64,000 bases of DNA. Origin: an uncultured Acidobacteriota bacterium (GTDB taxonomy: Bacteria > Acidobacteriota > Vicinamibacteria > Vicinamibacterales > SCN-69-37). Positions within the stretch are counted from its first letter, which is position 1. Every line of letters starts with the position of its first letter. Shown here piece by piece: positions 1 through 9,646 of the stretch. The DNA is taken from assembly GCA_963752045.1 (NCBI GenBank), contig CAVVWN010000007.1, forward strand, positions 157,961-221,960, given 5' to 3'. The position numbers and the translations under genes are program-made. The notes below the pieces were generated by a model, which searched no databases, was not told where the DNA came from, and was given only the letters and a program-made list of their open reading frames with translations.

Positions 1-240
1 CCCCGCGATGTTGCCCGTGCCGATCGAGGCGGCAAGCGCGGTCATGAACGCCTGAAACGGCGTGAGCGCGCCGCCGGCCTCCGCCGACTGCTTCGCAACC
101 ATCGCCCGGAATGCGTCCGGCAGGCGACGCACCTGCACGAATCCCAGCCGGAACGTGAGAAACACGCCTCCGCCGAGCAGCGTCCAGATGACGAGGTACT
201 GGAAGAGAAAGGTGGTCAGCGTGTCGATCGCCTGGGACAT
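1..240 (-). CDS. alanine/glycine:cation symporter (AGCS family), N-terminal fragment running off the window
   Basis: Not in the ORF track (no stop in window). Manual translation from ATG 240-238 gives MSQAIDTLTTFLFQYLVIWTLLGGGVFLTFRLGFVQVRRLPDAFRAMVAKQSAEAGGALTPFQAFMTALAASIGTGNIAG. The FQAxxTALAAxxGTGNIAG block is the conserved AGCS N-terminal signature. Confidence 0.75.
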   Translation of the reverse strand, partial: MSQAIDTLTTFLFQYLVIWTLLGGGVFLTFRLGFVQVRRLPDAFRAMVAKQSAEAGGALTPFQAFMTALAASIGTGNIAG

Positions 241-258
241 CGAGGCGGATCGTAACCT

Positions 259-437
259 GAATCTGGGATCTGGGATCTGGGATCTGGGGGCATCTGGCGA
301 TCTGCCGATCTGCCGATCTGGTGACCGTGAGTCCGGCGGTCGCGTCGGCGGGCCACGGCTCGGCTCGACGGCCGATCCCAGATCCGAAGATCCCAGATGC
401 CGTGAGATCCCAGATCCCCAGATCCCAGATTCAGATG
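259..437. repeat. foldback of GATC-containing 7/8-bp tandem arrays (left arm 261-323, core 324-373, right arm 374-437)
   Basis: Left arm is 4x ATCTGGG then 4x ATCTGSYG-type 8-mers. The right arm is the complementary GATCCCA-type array. Outer ends GAATCTGGGATCTGGG (259-) and CCCAGATCCCAGATTC (-432) are complementary, with one indel further in. It fills the gap between the SDR stop (431-433) and the symporter ATG (240). Confidence 0.9.
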
Positions 438-1210
438 TTCGATCGACTCTGCCCGCCGTCGACGGTGACGCATGCGCCGGTCACCCAGCTGGCGCGCGGC
501 GATGCGAGGAACGCCACGACGGCGCCCAGCTCTTCGGGCCGACCGAAGCGCCCGAACGGAATCTCACGCCGGACGAACTCGGCGATGCCCGCCGGATCGT
601 CCTGCTGGCGCTTCCACCACGAGCCGCCCTCGAACACCATCGAGCCGGGCGCGATGCTGTTCACGCGGATGTTGTCGGGCGCGAGCTCGCCGGCCATGGC
701 CTTGGCCAGGCTGATCTCGGCGGCCTTCACGGCGTTGTAGGTCATGCGGCCGCCGGTCTCGCGGCCGAAGATCGACGCAATGACGAGGATCACGCCCGCG
801 CCAGCCTGCTTCATGTGCGGGGTGACGAGCCGCGACATGCGGATGGCGGGAAAGAGCGTCTGGTCGAGCGCGGCCTGCCACTCTTCGTCGCTCGTCGACT
901 CGATGCCGGTACCGCCGGCCTTTCCGACGTTGTTGACGAGGATGTCGATGCGGCCGAACCGCTCGATCGTTCCGTCGACGACGGCCTGCGCGCCGGCGGG
1001 TGTCGAGACGTCGGCGGTGATGGCCAGCACGGCATTCTCGCGGCCGGCGGCCCGTTCCAGGTCGGCGGCCGCGCGCCCGAGAACATCCGCGCCGCGCGCG
1101 CAAATGGCCACGCGACACCCCTCCTCGACCAGCGCGCGCGCCGAGGCGAGCCCAAGCCCTCTGCTGGCTCCGGTGACGATGGCGACCTGATCAGTGAGTC
1201 CGAGATCCAT
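431..1210 (-). CDS. SDR family oxidoreductase (short-chain dehydrogenase/reductase)
   Basis: ORF 431..1312 trimmed to the internal ATG (MDLGLTDQVAIVTGASRGLG). It has the TGxxxGxG cofactor motif and YNAVK (YxxxK) catalytic motif. The upstream 34 aa lie in a palindromic intergenic hairpin. Confidence 0.85.
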   Translation of the reverse strand: MDLGLTDQVAIVTGASRGLGLASARALVEEGCRVAICARGADVLGRAAADLERAAGRENAVLAITADVSTPAGAQAVVDGTIERFGRIDILVNNVGKAGGTGIESTSDEEWQAALDQTLFPAIRMSRLVTPHMKQAGAGVILVIASIFGRETGGRMTYNAVKAAEISLAKAMAGELAPDNIRVNSIAPGSMVFEGGSWWKRQQDDPAGIAEFVRREIPFGRFGRPEELGAVVAFLASPRASWVTGACVTVDGGQSRSNI

Positions 1211-1227
1211 AGGGAAACACCCAGCAG

Positions 1228-1315
1228 CTAGTGTCCTGCGCACGACGGCTCGGTACGTCTTCCGGGCGCCGCGCTCCGGAAGCCGTGTACCGATCCGTCG
1301 TACGCAGGACACTAG
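1228..1315. repeat. 88-nt near-perfect inverted repeat (long hairpin) between the DUF547 stop and the SDR start
   Basis: Hand pairing of 1228-1256 with 1287-1315 gives 27 of 29 Watson-Crick pairs. An inner stem CTTCCGG (1259-1265) pairs with CCGGAAG (1276-1282), leaving a 10-nt loop. The right arm covers the TAG of the upstream gene (1312-1314). Confidence 0.85.
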
Positions 1316-2124
1316 AGCTCATTCAGACGCCAGTCGAAATTGCCGTACTCCATCCGGAACGAGTCGCGCTCGAGCAACTGCTGTTCCCGATTGAAGAGGT
1401 GAGGATAGACCATCGCGGCAATCGCGCGCTCGATGGGACTCCTGTTCGGCCACCTGCCGGCCGCGATCGGCCCGAACGCGCGCACGAACGCCTCCTCCCG
1501 CCAGCCCATGATGGGCGACACCACCAGGCGATCGCCGGCGATGTCCACCTGCACGCACGAGAGGCGCGTCGCGCACTCGGCGACGACGTCGGTGAGCTGG
1601 GCGTCGAGCCGCCCGGCAGCGAACGCCTCGCTGCGCAGCCTCGGGCTGCCCATCGCGCCCCGACCCAGCGCAAGCGACAGGCGCGCGTCGCCGTACGTGT
1701 CGAGCATCATCTGCTCGATGCCGTCGAGCGTGAGCGTGCGCCCGCCGACCCGGTGCGTGACCGCATCGAACGCGCCGGGAACCTGCCGGACGCTGCCCTC
1801 GGGGTACTCGGACGATCGCGTACGAATGGGATACGCGTCGATGACGGTCCGGAGCACGAGGGCGTTGTAGGCATTCAGCCAGAACGCCTGCTGCTCGGCC
1901 GGCGGCCACCCGGCCACCTCGGCGGCGGGCACGTTGAGCGACGCCAGGTACCGGTCGAGCGAGGAACGCTCGGCGCGAAGCGCCCGGTAATAGACGAGCC
2001 CGTTGCGCACGTAGGTGTCGAGGACGCGGTCGAACACGACATGACGATCTGCCTGGGCCGGCAGGGCCGCATACGACGCGGCGGTGATGAGGAGAGCGAC
2101 GAGACCCTTCATGTCAGCAGGCAT
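1312..2124 (-). CDS. DUF547 domain-containing secreted protein
   Basis: It has a signal-peptide-like N-terminus (MKGLVALLITAASYAALPAQA) and the QQAFWLNAYNALVLRTVIDAYP block typical of DUF547. An alternative start is ATG at 2112. Confidence 0.7.
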   Translation of the reverse strand: MPADMKGLVALLITAASYAALPAQADRHVVFDRVLDTYVRNGLVYYRALRAERSSLDRYLASLNVPAAEVAGWPPAEQQAFWLNAYNALVLRTVIDAYPIRTRSSEYPEGSVRQVPGAFDAVTHRVGGRTLTLDGIEQMMLDTYGDARLSLALGRGAMGSPRLRSEAFAAGRLDAQLTDVVAECATRLSCVQVDIAGDRLVVSPIMGWREEAFVRAFGPIAAGRWPNRSPIERAIAAMVYPHLFNREQQLLERDSFRMEYGNFDWRLNEL

Positions 2125-2157
2125 GATAACGCGACCGCCGCCGGCCGCCGGACCGCC

Positions 2158-3021
2158 TCACCTCTTCCGGGCGTAAACGGTCATGATGTCGCCGAGGTTG
2201 ACCGACGGCTGCAGGCGGCCGAGGCCGAGCGCGGTAGCCATCCGCAGCACGGCCGGCGCAAGCGGCGGCGCCAGCATCACGGCCGCCTTCCAGGCGGCAA
2301 AATCGAGTGGCACCCGCTTGCCGGACCTGTCGAGCCTCGCCATGAGGAAGCCCGTGCCGGACAGCAGGCGCGCAAGCGTCCCGGGCGTGAAGAAATAGAG
2401 ATGCCTCGGCGGAATCATCAGGTGCCAGAACCTGCCCGTCAGCCGTGCCACGAGACTCTCGGCGTCGCCAGTGCTCACGGCCAGATAGCCGCCGGGTTTC
2501 AGCGCGGCGAACGCCTTGTGCAGGCTGACGGCCGGCTCCGGCACGTGCTCGATGTAATCCCACATGGTCACCAGGTCGATCGAGGCGGGCTCGAGCTCGA
2601 CCGTCGCGAAGTCGGCCCGCGCCACGTCGAAGCCGCGTCCAATCGCCTGCTCCGCGGCATACGGCGAAAGTTCCACGCCCCGCACTTCATCGATGCCGGC
2701 GCTGCGCGCCGCCTCGAGGAAGTCGCCGGTCGCGCATCCGACGTCCAGCCAGCGCCGGCGGCCGACGTCGGGCAGCTCGAGCAGGCGCGCGACGCGGCGT
2801 GTGGCGTTCGCGAGACCGACGCCGTCAGGCCCGCCGGCGAACTTCCGGCCGACCTGGAAGAAGGCATCGCCGTAGATGACGTCGAGCTCGGCCGCCGACG
2901 GAATCTCGTTCGTGTAGACGAGCCCGCACGCGCGGCACCGCACGATGGTGTAGCCCCCCTTGCTGAACCGGCGCTCGAGCGCCGTCGTCTCGCCGCAGAC
3001 GTGACAGGGCCTCGAGGTCAT
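2158..3021 (-). CDS. class I SAM-dependent methyltransferase with N-terminal Cys4 zinc-ribbon
   Basis: CHVCG...CRACG zinc ribbon followed by SAM motif I WLDVGCATGDF. The start overlaps the upstream hydrolase stop by 4 nt (3018-3021). Confidence 0.8.
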   Translation of the reverse strand: MTSRPCHVCGETTALERRFSKGGYTIVRCRACGLVYTNEIPSAAELDVIYGDAFFQVGRKFAGGPDGVGLANATRRVARLLELPDVGRRRWLDVGCATGDFLEAARSAGIDEVRGVELSPYAAEQAIGRGFDVARADFATVELEPASIDLVTMWDYIEHVPEPAVSLHKAFAALKPGGYLAVSTGDAESLVARLTGRFWHLMIPPRHLYFFTPGTLARLLSGTGFLMARLDRSGKRVPLDFAAWKAAVMLAPPLAPAVLRMATALGLGRLQPSVNLGDIMTVYARKR

Positions 3022-3818
3022 CGAGCGAGCACGGCTGCGTTGAAGCCGGCCGGGTCCTCGAGGTTCGACAGGTGCCCCACGCCGTCGAGCACGACCAGGC
3101 GCGATCCGCCGATCGCCTGATGCATGGCGTCGGCCTCGCTCACGGGAATGAGCGCATCCTCCGAGCCGTGGATGATGGTCACCGGACAGGTGAGCGTCCG
3201 GAGGAGGGCCGTCGAGTCCGGGCGGTCGCGCATGGCCCGCACCGCCGCCCCGAGGGCATCGGCCGGGTTCGCCACGATCAACCTGGTGACGGCTTCGGCA
3301 AGGTCCGGCTGGTCTCTCTTCGTGGTCTCGCCGAGCAGCTTCGGCACCATCTCGCGCGCCACGCCCGCCGGCCCGTCACGTTCGAGGACCGCCAGCATCT
3401 CGGCGCGACTCAGCTTGCCTCTCGGCGAGTCGGCGGCCGCGCGCGTGTTCGCCAGGACGAGGCCGGTGATCCGATCCGGGGCCCGGTGGAGCATCGCGAA
3501 CACGACATACCCGCCCATCGACAGGCCGCCGACGTCTGCGCGCGGAATGTCGAGATGCGTCATCAGCTCGAAGACATCGGCCGCATAGTCGTCGATGGTC
3601 TGCCGTTCGAGGCCCAGCTGTTCGTAAGCCGGCCCCGCTCCACGGAATCCGCGAAGGTCGGGCGCGATGAAACGCCAGCCGGGCGGCACCCGGCCAAGCT
3701 GCGGCAGCCACTGGTCGGCCGAGAGCGGAAACGCATGCAGCCAGATGAGCGGCTTTCCGCTGCCGGCCTCGAGATACCGGACCGAGCGGCCGGCAAGATG
3801 AGCGACCTCCGAGCGCAC
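3018..3818 (-). CDS. alpha/beta hydrolase
   Basis: It has PLIWLHAFPLSADQW, the nucleophile elbow GLSMGG (GxSxG) and a C-terminal GVGHLSNLE. The start is uncertain: GTG at 3818 is chosen, and the alternative ATG at 3926 would overlap the divergent FKBP gene. Confidence 0.75.
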   Translation of the reverse strand: MRSEVAHLAGRSVRYLEAGSGKPLIWLHAFPLSADQWLPQLGRVPPGWRFIAPDLRGFRGAGPAYEQLGLERQTIDDYAADVFELMTHLDIPRADVGGLSMGGYVVFAMLHRAPDRITGLVLANTRAAADSPRGKLSRAEMLAVLERDGPAGVAREMVPKLLGETTKRDQPDLAEAVTRLIVANPADALGAAVRAMRDRPDSTALLRTLTCPVTIIHGSEDALIPVSEADAMHQAIGGSRLVVLDGVGHLSNLEDPAGFNAAVLAR

Positions 3819-3882
3819 GTGAGGATTGTACGGTACCGATCCGACGGTCCGTCGTACGATACTGACCGTGAGGAGTCCCCTG

Positions 3883-4326
3883 ATGCAGACTGTCGCCCGA
3901 CTTGCCGTGTTGCTCCTGTTGCCCATCTCGATTGCCGCCGGGTGCGCGCCCAAGGACGATACGGCCGCCCCGCCCGACGTGGCCGCACCCCCGTCCGACG
4001 CCCTGCGAACCCCGTCCGGCCTTGCGAGCAAGGTCCTGAGAGTCGGCATCGGCACGCGCCGTCCGACAGCCACCTCGATGGTGACCGTCCATTACACGGG
4101 GTGGACGACCGACGGCAACATGTTCGATTCGTCAATCGGCGGCACGCCGCCGTCGTTTCCGCTCGACGGCGTGATTCCCGGGTGGACCGAAGGCGTGCAG
4201 TTGATGGTTGAAGGCGAGAAACGGCGCTTCTGGATTCCAGGCGAGCTCGCCTACGACAACATCCCGATGCCCGACGCGCCCAAGGGCATGCTGGTCTTCG
4301 ACATCGAGCTCATCAGGATTCAGTAG
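3883..4326 (+). CDS. FKBP-type peptidyl-prolyl cis-trans isomerase, lipoprotein
   Basis: AGGAG lies 7 nt upstream of ATG 3883. It has a lipobox (LLLLPISIAAGC) and the FKBP core VHYTGWTTDGNMFDSS...GVIPGWTEG. Confidence 0.85.
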   Translation: MQTVARLAVLLLLPISIAAGCAPKDDTAAPPDVAAPPSDALRTPSGLASKVLRVGIGTRRPTATSMVTVHYTGWTTDGNMFDSSIGGTPPSFPLDGVIPGWTEGVQLMVEGEKRRFWIPGELAYDNIPMPDAPKGMLVFDIELIRIQ

Positions 4327-4342
4327 GCCCGACGGCCTGCAC

Positions 4343-4819
4343 CTACAGCCAACGGCGGACGCGGCGGCAGTACTCCGCGTAGTCACGGCCGAACTTCTCG
4401 GCGAGGTGTCGTTCCTCGCGGGCGATGACGAAACGGCGAAGTGAGACGAGCACGAGCGGCAGCACGAGAATCGGCCATACCGCGTTCAGCACGACCGAAG
4501 CCCCGACATAGGCCGCCGTGAGTCCGGCGTACATCGGGTTGCGCGTGAACCGGTACGGGCCGTCCAGCACGAGCAGCCGAGCCGCTCGATGCGGGATGAT
4601 CGCCGTGCGGGCACGCGCGAAGGTCACGATGCCCCACGCCATGAGCAGGAGCCCCACCCCGAGGAAGGCCCCACCGATCGCCTCCTGAATCGCTCCAGCC
4701 CCGTCATCGTCGATCTCGAACGGCAGAACGCGATTGAGAAGCCAGGCAGCCACGAGGCCGCCCACGAACAGCAGGGGCGGCGGGAACCGTACGCCTGGAC
4801 CTCGATCCGGTGAACTCAT
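4343..4819 (-). CDS. isoprenylcysteine carboxyl methyltransferase (ICMT/PEMT) family membrane protein
   Basis: ORF 4343..5137 trimmed to MSSPDRGP. It has several hydrophobic helices and the GPYRFTRNPMYAG signature. The upstream part of the ORF is antisense to the DUF2277 gene. Confidence 0.75.
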   Translation of the reverse strand: MSSPDRGPGVRFPPPLLFVGGLVAAWLLNRVLPFEIDDDGAGAIQEAIGGAFLGVGLLLMAWGIVTFARARTAIIPHRAARLLVLDGPYRFTRNPMYAGLTAAYVGASVVLNAVWPILVLPLVLVSLRRFVIAREERHLAEKFGRDYAEYCRRVRRWL

Positions 4820-4841
4820 CGCAGTATCATCGCGGAAAACC

Positions 4842-5126
4842 ATGTGCCGAAACATCCGGACGTTGTTCAACTTCGATCCGCCGGCTACCACCGAAGAGGT
4901 GCGAGCCGCATCCCTGCAGTTCGTGCGGAAGCTCAGCGGCTTCACGAGGCCGTCGCGCGCCAATGAAGCCGCGTTCGAACGCGCCGTCGAGGACGTGACC
5001 GCCATCGCCCGGCGTCTGGTCGACGAACTGGTGACGCAGGCGCCGCCGCGAAACCGGGAAGCCGAGGCCCGGAAGGCCAGGGCGCGCACCGCGGAGCGCT
5101 TCGGACGCCCGTCCGGCGCCGCGTGA
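4842..5126 (+). CDS. DUF2277 domain-containing protein
   Basis: The internal start MCRNIRTLFNFDPPATTEEVRAASLQFVRKLSGFTRPSRANEAAFERAV matches the conserved N-terminus I recall for DUF2277. Confidence 0.65.
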   Translation: MCRNIRTLFNFDPPATTEEVRAASLQFVRKLSGFTRPSRANEAAFERAVEDVTAIARRLVDELVTQAPPRNREAEARKARARTAERFGRPSGAA

Positions 5127-5143
5127 CTGACCGCCAAATCGAA

Positions 5144-5548
5144 TCAGGTTTGACGGGGCCCAGCCAGTCGCGCGCCCAGCCAGGCCGACGGAATCGGAAT
5201 TGCCACGCTCGCCACGCTCATCCAGAGCGGATGCGGGATGGTCACGACGTTGAAAAGCGCCCCGACGGCGAGCATCGCGCCAACCGCCAGCGCGTGCCCG
5301 GCCCGCCCGCCCCGCGAGATCCGTGCCGCAACCGCGCCGCCGGCCAGTCCCCCGGCAACATAGGCCAGGAGCACGAAGAGCAACGCCGCGGGCGACATCT
5401 GGGCGACGATTCTCGACATCCCTTCGGGCGTCATCGGGTCGATTCCCGCCGGCGGAGCAAAGATCGTGAGACCGACGGTTTCGACGAGTGTGATGACGAC
5501 GGCCGCAGCGAGAAGGCCCACGAGCACCGCAGCAACGGATCGAATCAC
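5144..5548 (-). CDS. hypothetical small membrane protein (about 4 hydrophobic helices)
   Basis: 134-aa ORF with hydrophobic segments throughout. It occupies an otherwise empty gap. No family recognised. Confidence 0.5.
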   Translation of the reverse strand: MIRSVAAVLVGLLAAAVVITLVETVGLTIFAPPAGIDPMTPEGMSRIVAQMSPAALLFVLLAYVAGGLAGGAVAARISRGGRAGHALAVGAMLAVGALFNVVTIPHPLWMSVASVAIPIPSAWLGARLAGPRQT

Positions 5549-5589
5549 GGCCGCCCCCTCCGAGTTGCAGATAAACTAGCGCGCATTCT

Positions 5590-6334
<745 letters not shown>

Positions 6335-6351
<17 letters not shown>

Positions 6352-7204
6352 GGTCCGGCACGCCCTGCGGCTGCACGAGGCGAAGCAGCACATCCACTTC
6401 TCCGGAGCCCTCGATGGCGGTCACGACGAGAAGCGCGGTGACCGACGAACCGGCGGTGCCGGCCGAGCGCAGGCGCGTCACCGACATGGCCCCGTCGGAC
6501 GTCTGCCCCTCAACGGTCCAACCGGCCGCCGACAGCTGACGTGCGTAGTGCGCGCCGATGGCGTCAGCGCCGCGTGAGCTCGTCAGTCGAATCGATGAGT
6601 ACAACGCGTCGGGGGTACCGCCCATGCTCGCTCGTCCGGAGCGCGCGCCCTCCGGCACGGGCATCGACGGCAACGGCACGTTCGACACGACGGAGGGCGC
6701 CTGCACGAGACAGGCGCGGCCGCGCTCGGTGGCGACCGAGGCGCGCACGTAGCTGCCCCCTTCGGAACGGGATAGGAAGCTCAGCGTCGCGAACTGATCT
6801 CCACGACAGAGCGACAGACTCGGGCCGGTCTCGCGCGCGGCGAAGCCCGCCGGCCGCAGCGGGTTGATCCAGCCGGCCGACTCGAGCCGCTCTTCGAAAA
6901 CCACCCGCTCGTCGGCCGAAAAGCGCGCGACGATCGCCACCACGGCCGAGAGACCGTCGGTTCCCGCGCTCACGCGGACGAGCGCGCCGGAAGGCAGCAG
7001 GTCGCCCGGAAAACCCGCCGGCGCCGAACCCACGCGCAGATCGAACGGCCGGTTCCCGAATCCCTCCGGACCGGAGAGGAGCACGGCCATGGCCTCGCGT
7101 GGTACGGACTCACCGCCCTGCGCGGCCGGCGATGCCGCCGTACGGGACGCATGTGGCAACACGATGGAGACGGCGGCAAGCACGGTCAGCGTGCGGACGG
7201 TCAT
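6335..7204 (-). CDS. hypothetical secreted protein
   Basis: ORF trimmed to MTVRTLTVLAAVSIVLPHA (signal-like). No family recognised. Its 3' end overlaps the cysQ 3' end by 17 nt (convergent). Confidence 0.5.
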
Positions 7205-7308
7205 GTAGCACCTCTCTCTCCGGCATTCTCGAACACCTCCGCCAGACCGCAAAGTACCAAGTGATCTCATTTTCGTAAGGTCCGTTCTCGTGTGACAGAA
7301 TCGGAATC

Positions 7309-9645
7309 ATGTCGCCATTGCCTTCCCTCACACGACCAGACGCGACCGCAACCAGCCGCCTTCGTGCGGCCGTCGTGACGCTCGTCGCAGCGTCCATGGC
7401 GACCCTGCTGGCTATCGCGCAGGATGCGCCCCCTGGATGGCCGCGGACCATCGAAACCCAGGGCTACACGATCACGATGTACCAGCCGCAGACCGACCGG
7501 TTCGAGGGAGACCTGCTCGAAGGACGGGCAGCCGTGTCGATCCGGCGCGCCGGCGGCGGTGACGCGACCTTCGGCGCGGTCTGGTTGTCGGCCCGACTCG
7601 ACATCGACCGCGACGAGCGCCTGGCGCGCGTCCGGCAACTGACGATACCCGACGTGCGTTTCCCGGAAGCCACCGACGAACAACGCCAGCAGCTCGTCCG
7701 CCTCCTCGAAACCGAGGTACCGAAATGGGACCTGACGATCGATCTCGATCGGCTCATTGCCGATCTCGACGATGGTCCCGTGGACGCCAACACGCCGGGC
7801 CTCCGGAACGACCCGCCGACGTTCGTCCACGTCACCGAGCCCACCGTACTCCTGCTCTTCGATGGCCAGCCCGTCGTGCAGGATGTCGAGGGCGGCACGC
7901 CTCTGGAGCGCGTCGTCAATACGCCGTTCCCCGTCGTCCGCGAGAAGGGCGGCGCGACGTTCTACCTGTTCGGCGGAAACGACCTCTGGTACTCGGCCAG
8001 GGAGCCTCTCGGCCCCTGGACGGTCACGACGTCGGTGCCGGCGGCCGTGGCGCGGATCGCCGAGGGCGCAGAGGTCGCCGACCCGATGGTCGACGCGAGC
8101 CAGGCTGCGCCGCCGAAGATCATCGTCGCAACCGAGCCGACAGAGCTCCTTGTCACCGACGGCGAGCCGCGCTGGGCGCCCATCGAAGGCGTCGACCTGC
8201 TCTACTGCGAGAACACGCCGTCGGACGTGTTCCTCGAGATCGCCTCTCAGCGGTACTTCGTCGTCGTCGGCGGCCGCTGGTTTGCCGGCCAGGCCGTGGA
8301 CGGAACCGTCAGGTGGACGCACGTCGCCAATGACGAGCTTCCCGAGGCCTTCTCCGACATTCCGGAGAGTTCGCCCAAGGCATCGGTGCTCGTCCATGTG
8401 GCTGGCACCGTGCAGGCCCGCGAGGAAGCACTCGAGAACGTCATCCCCGAGATTGCCGCCGTGAAACGTGATGCGTCGGCCCCGGCCATCCAGTACGACG
8501 GCGCCCCGGAATTCACGCCGGTCCAGCAGGTCGAGGCGATCAGCTATGCGGTCAACACCGCCGCGTCGGTCTTCAAGGTGGACAACACCTACTATCTCTG
8601 CGACAACGCCGTGTGGTACAGGTCGGCGTCGCCAACCGGTCCCTGGCAAGTCGCCACCGAGATTCCGTCGATTCTCTACACCGTCCCCGCGTCGAATCCG
8701 CATCACAACGTGACGTACGTGCGCGTGTACGACGTCACGCCGCAGGTGGTCTACGTCGGCTATACGCCGGGCTACACCGGGAGTTACTGGTCGCACGGGT
8801 GCGTGGTATGGGGAACCGGGTACCGCTACTACCCGTGGTACGGACCGCACTACTACCCGTATCCCTGGACCTGGGGCCTGCACATGTCCTACTACCCGTA
8901 TGCGGGATGGGGCGTGGGTGTGAGCTGGACGAATGGCCCGTTCCGGGTCACGGTGGGCTGGCGGTCCGGCCCGTACTATCGACCGCCCTATTACGGCGGG
9001 TGGTACGGCCCAGGCGGCTACCGACCGCCGTACCGTCCGTATCCGCCTCCCGGCTACCGTCCGCCGGGCTATCGACCCATTCCGACGCCCTACCCCACGA
9101 CGCGACCCGCAACGCCAGGGGCGCGTCCGATGCCGGCCCCGGTGCCGGCGCGACCTGCCATCTACGACAGGCCGGGCGTATCCGATCGCATGGCCCCAGG
9201 TACCTCGCCCGGCAGCCGGCCGCGGCCTGCTCCGAGTCAGATGCCGAACAACGTCTTCACCGATCCCAGCGGCAACATCTATCAGCGGACACCGAGCGGC
9301 GGGTGGGATGAGCGCCAGGGAGGACAGTGGAAACCGGCCGAGGGTCTCGACCGGCCCGCCGGTCCCACGACGCGGCCTTCTGCACCGGCAACGGGTGGTG
9401 CGTCTGACACACCCACCCGGCAGCCGCGCGCGAGCCAGCTGCCGTCCGGTCGCTCCGGTTCCACACCGGCCGTCCGGCCGCCGACGGCCTCACCTCGACC
9501 GTCACAGCCGATCGTGCGGCCGCCGACTGGCGGCGCGACACGTCCGCAACTCGAACGCGATTCGCGCGCCCGGCAGCGAGGCACGACACGATCCGGGTCG
9601 GCGCCGCCACGCCCGGCCGGACGCGGCGGACGAGGAGGGCGTTAG
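7309..9645 (+). CDS. large secreted protein of unknown function, paralog A (aromatic/Gly/Pro-rich C-terminal region)
   Basis: 778 aa with a signal-like N-terminus. It is collinear with and highly similar to the next gene over about 550 aa, followed by a Tyr/Trp/Gly/Pro-rich segment and a Pro/Arg/Ser/Thr-rich tail. Confidence 0.8.
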   Translation: MSPLPSLTRPDATATSRLRAAVVTLVAASMATLLAIAQDAPPGWPRTIETQGYTITMYQPQTDRFEGDLLEGRAAVSIRRAGGGDATFGAVWLSARLDIDRDERLARVRQLTIPDVRFPEATDEQRQQLVRLLETEVPKWDLTIDLDRLIADLDDGPVDANTPGLRNDPPTFVHVTEPTVLLLFDGQPVVQDVEGGTPLERVVNTPFPVVREKGGATFYLFGGNDLWYSAREPLGPWTVTTSVPAAVARIAEGAEVADPMVDASQAAPPKIIVATEPTELLVTDGEPRWAPIEGVDLLYCENTPSDVFLEIASQRYFVVVGGRWFAGQAVDGTVRWTHVANDELPEAFSDIPESSPKASVLVHVAGTVQAREEALENVIPEIAAVKRDASAPAIQYDGAPEFTPVQQVEAISYAVNTAASVFKVDNTYYLCDNAVWYRSASPTGPWQVATEIPSILYTVPASNPHHNVTYVRVYDVTPQVVYVGYTPGYTGSYWSHGCVVWGTGYRYYPWYGPHYYPYPWTWGLHMSYYPYAGWGVGVSWTNGPFRVTVGWRSGPYYRPPYYGGWYGPGGYRPPYRPYPPPGYRPPGYRPIPTPYPTTRPATPGARPMPAPVPARPAIYDRPGVSDRMAPGTSPGSRPRPAPSQMPNNVFTDPSGNIYQRTPSGGWDERQGGQWKPAEGLDRPAGPTTRPSAPATGGASDTPTRQPRASQLPSGRSGSTPAVRPPTASPRPSQPIVRPPTGGATRPQLERDSRARQRGTTRSGSAPPRPAGRGGRGGR

Positions 9646-9646
9646 C

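Noticed and set aside
1231-3120. 629-aa plus-strand ORF, and similar long antisense ORFs (7267..8883, 17369..19372, 22404..24272, 29788..31713, 37681..39225, 39933..41222)
   Set aside because: Each lies opposite a gene with clear motifs, has Arg/Gly/Pro-biased composition, and has no start context. None is supported as coding.
3851-3859. Isolated CGTCGTACG words (also 1296-1304 and 22595-22603) as single copies of the 9-mer repeat acting as operators
   Set aside because: A rough composition-based estimate gives a couple of chance occurrences of such an 8-9-mer per 64 kb on two strands, so three isolated hits are not evidence by themselves.
8933-9646. 238-aa N-terminal extension of the ORF containing paralog B; similar extensions of ORFs 17121.., 34094..35398, 41132..42118, 42155..45073, 4343..5137, 54788..55471
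   Set aside because: The extensions overlap neighbouring genes or repeats, are Arg/Pro-rich, and precede internal starts that have signal peptides, SD-like sequences or the onset of paralog or family similarity.
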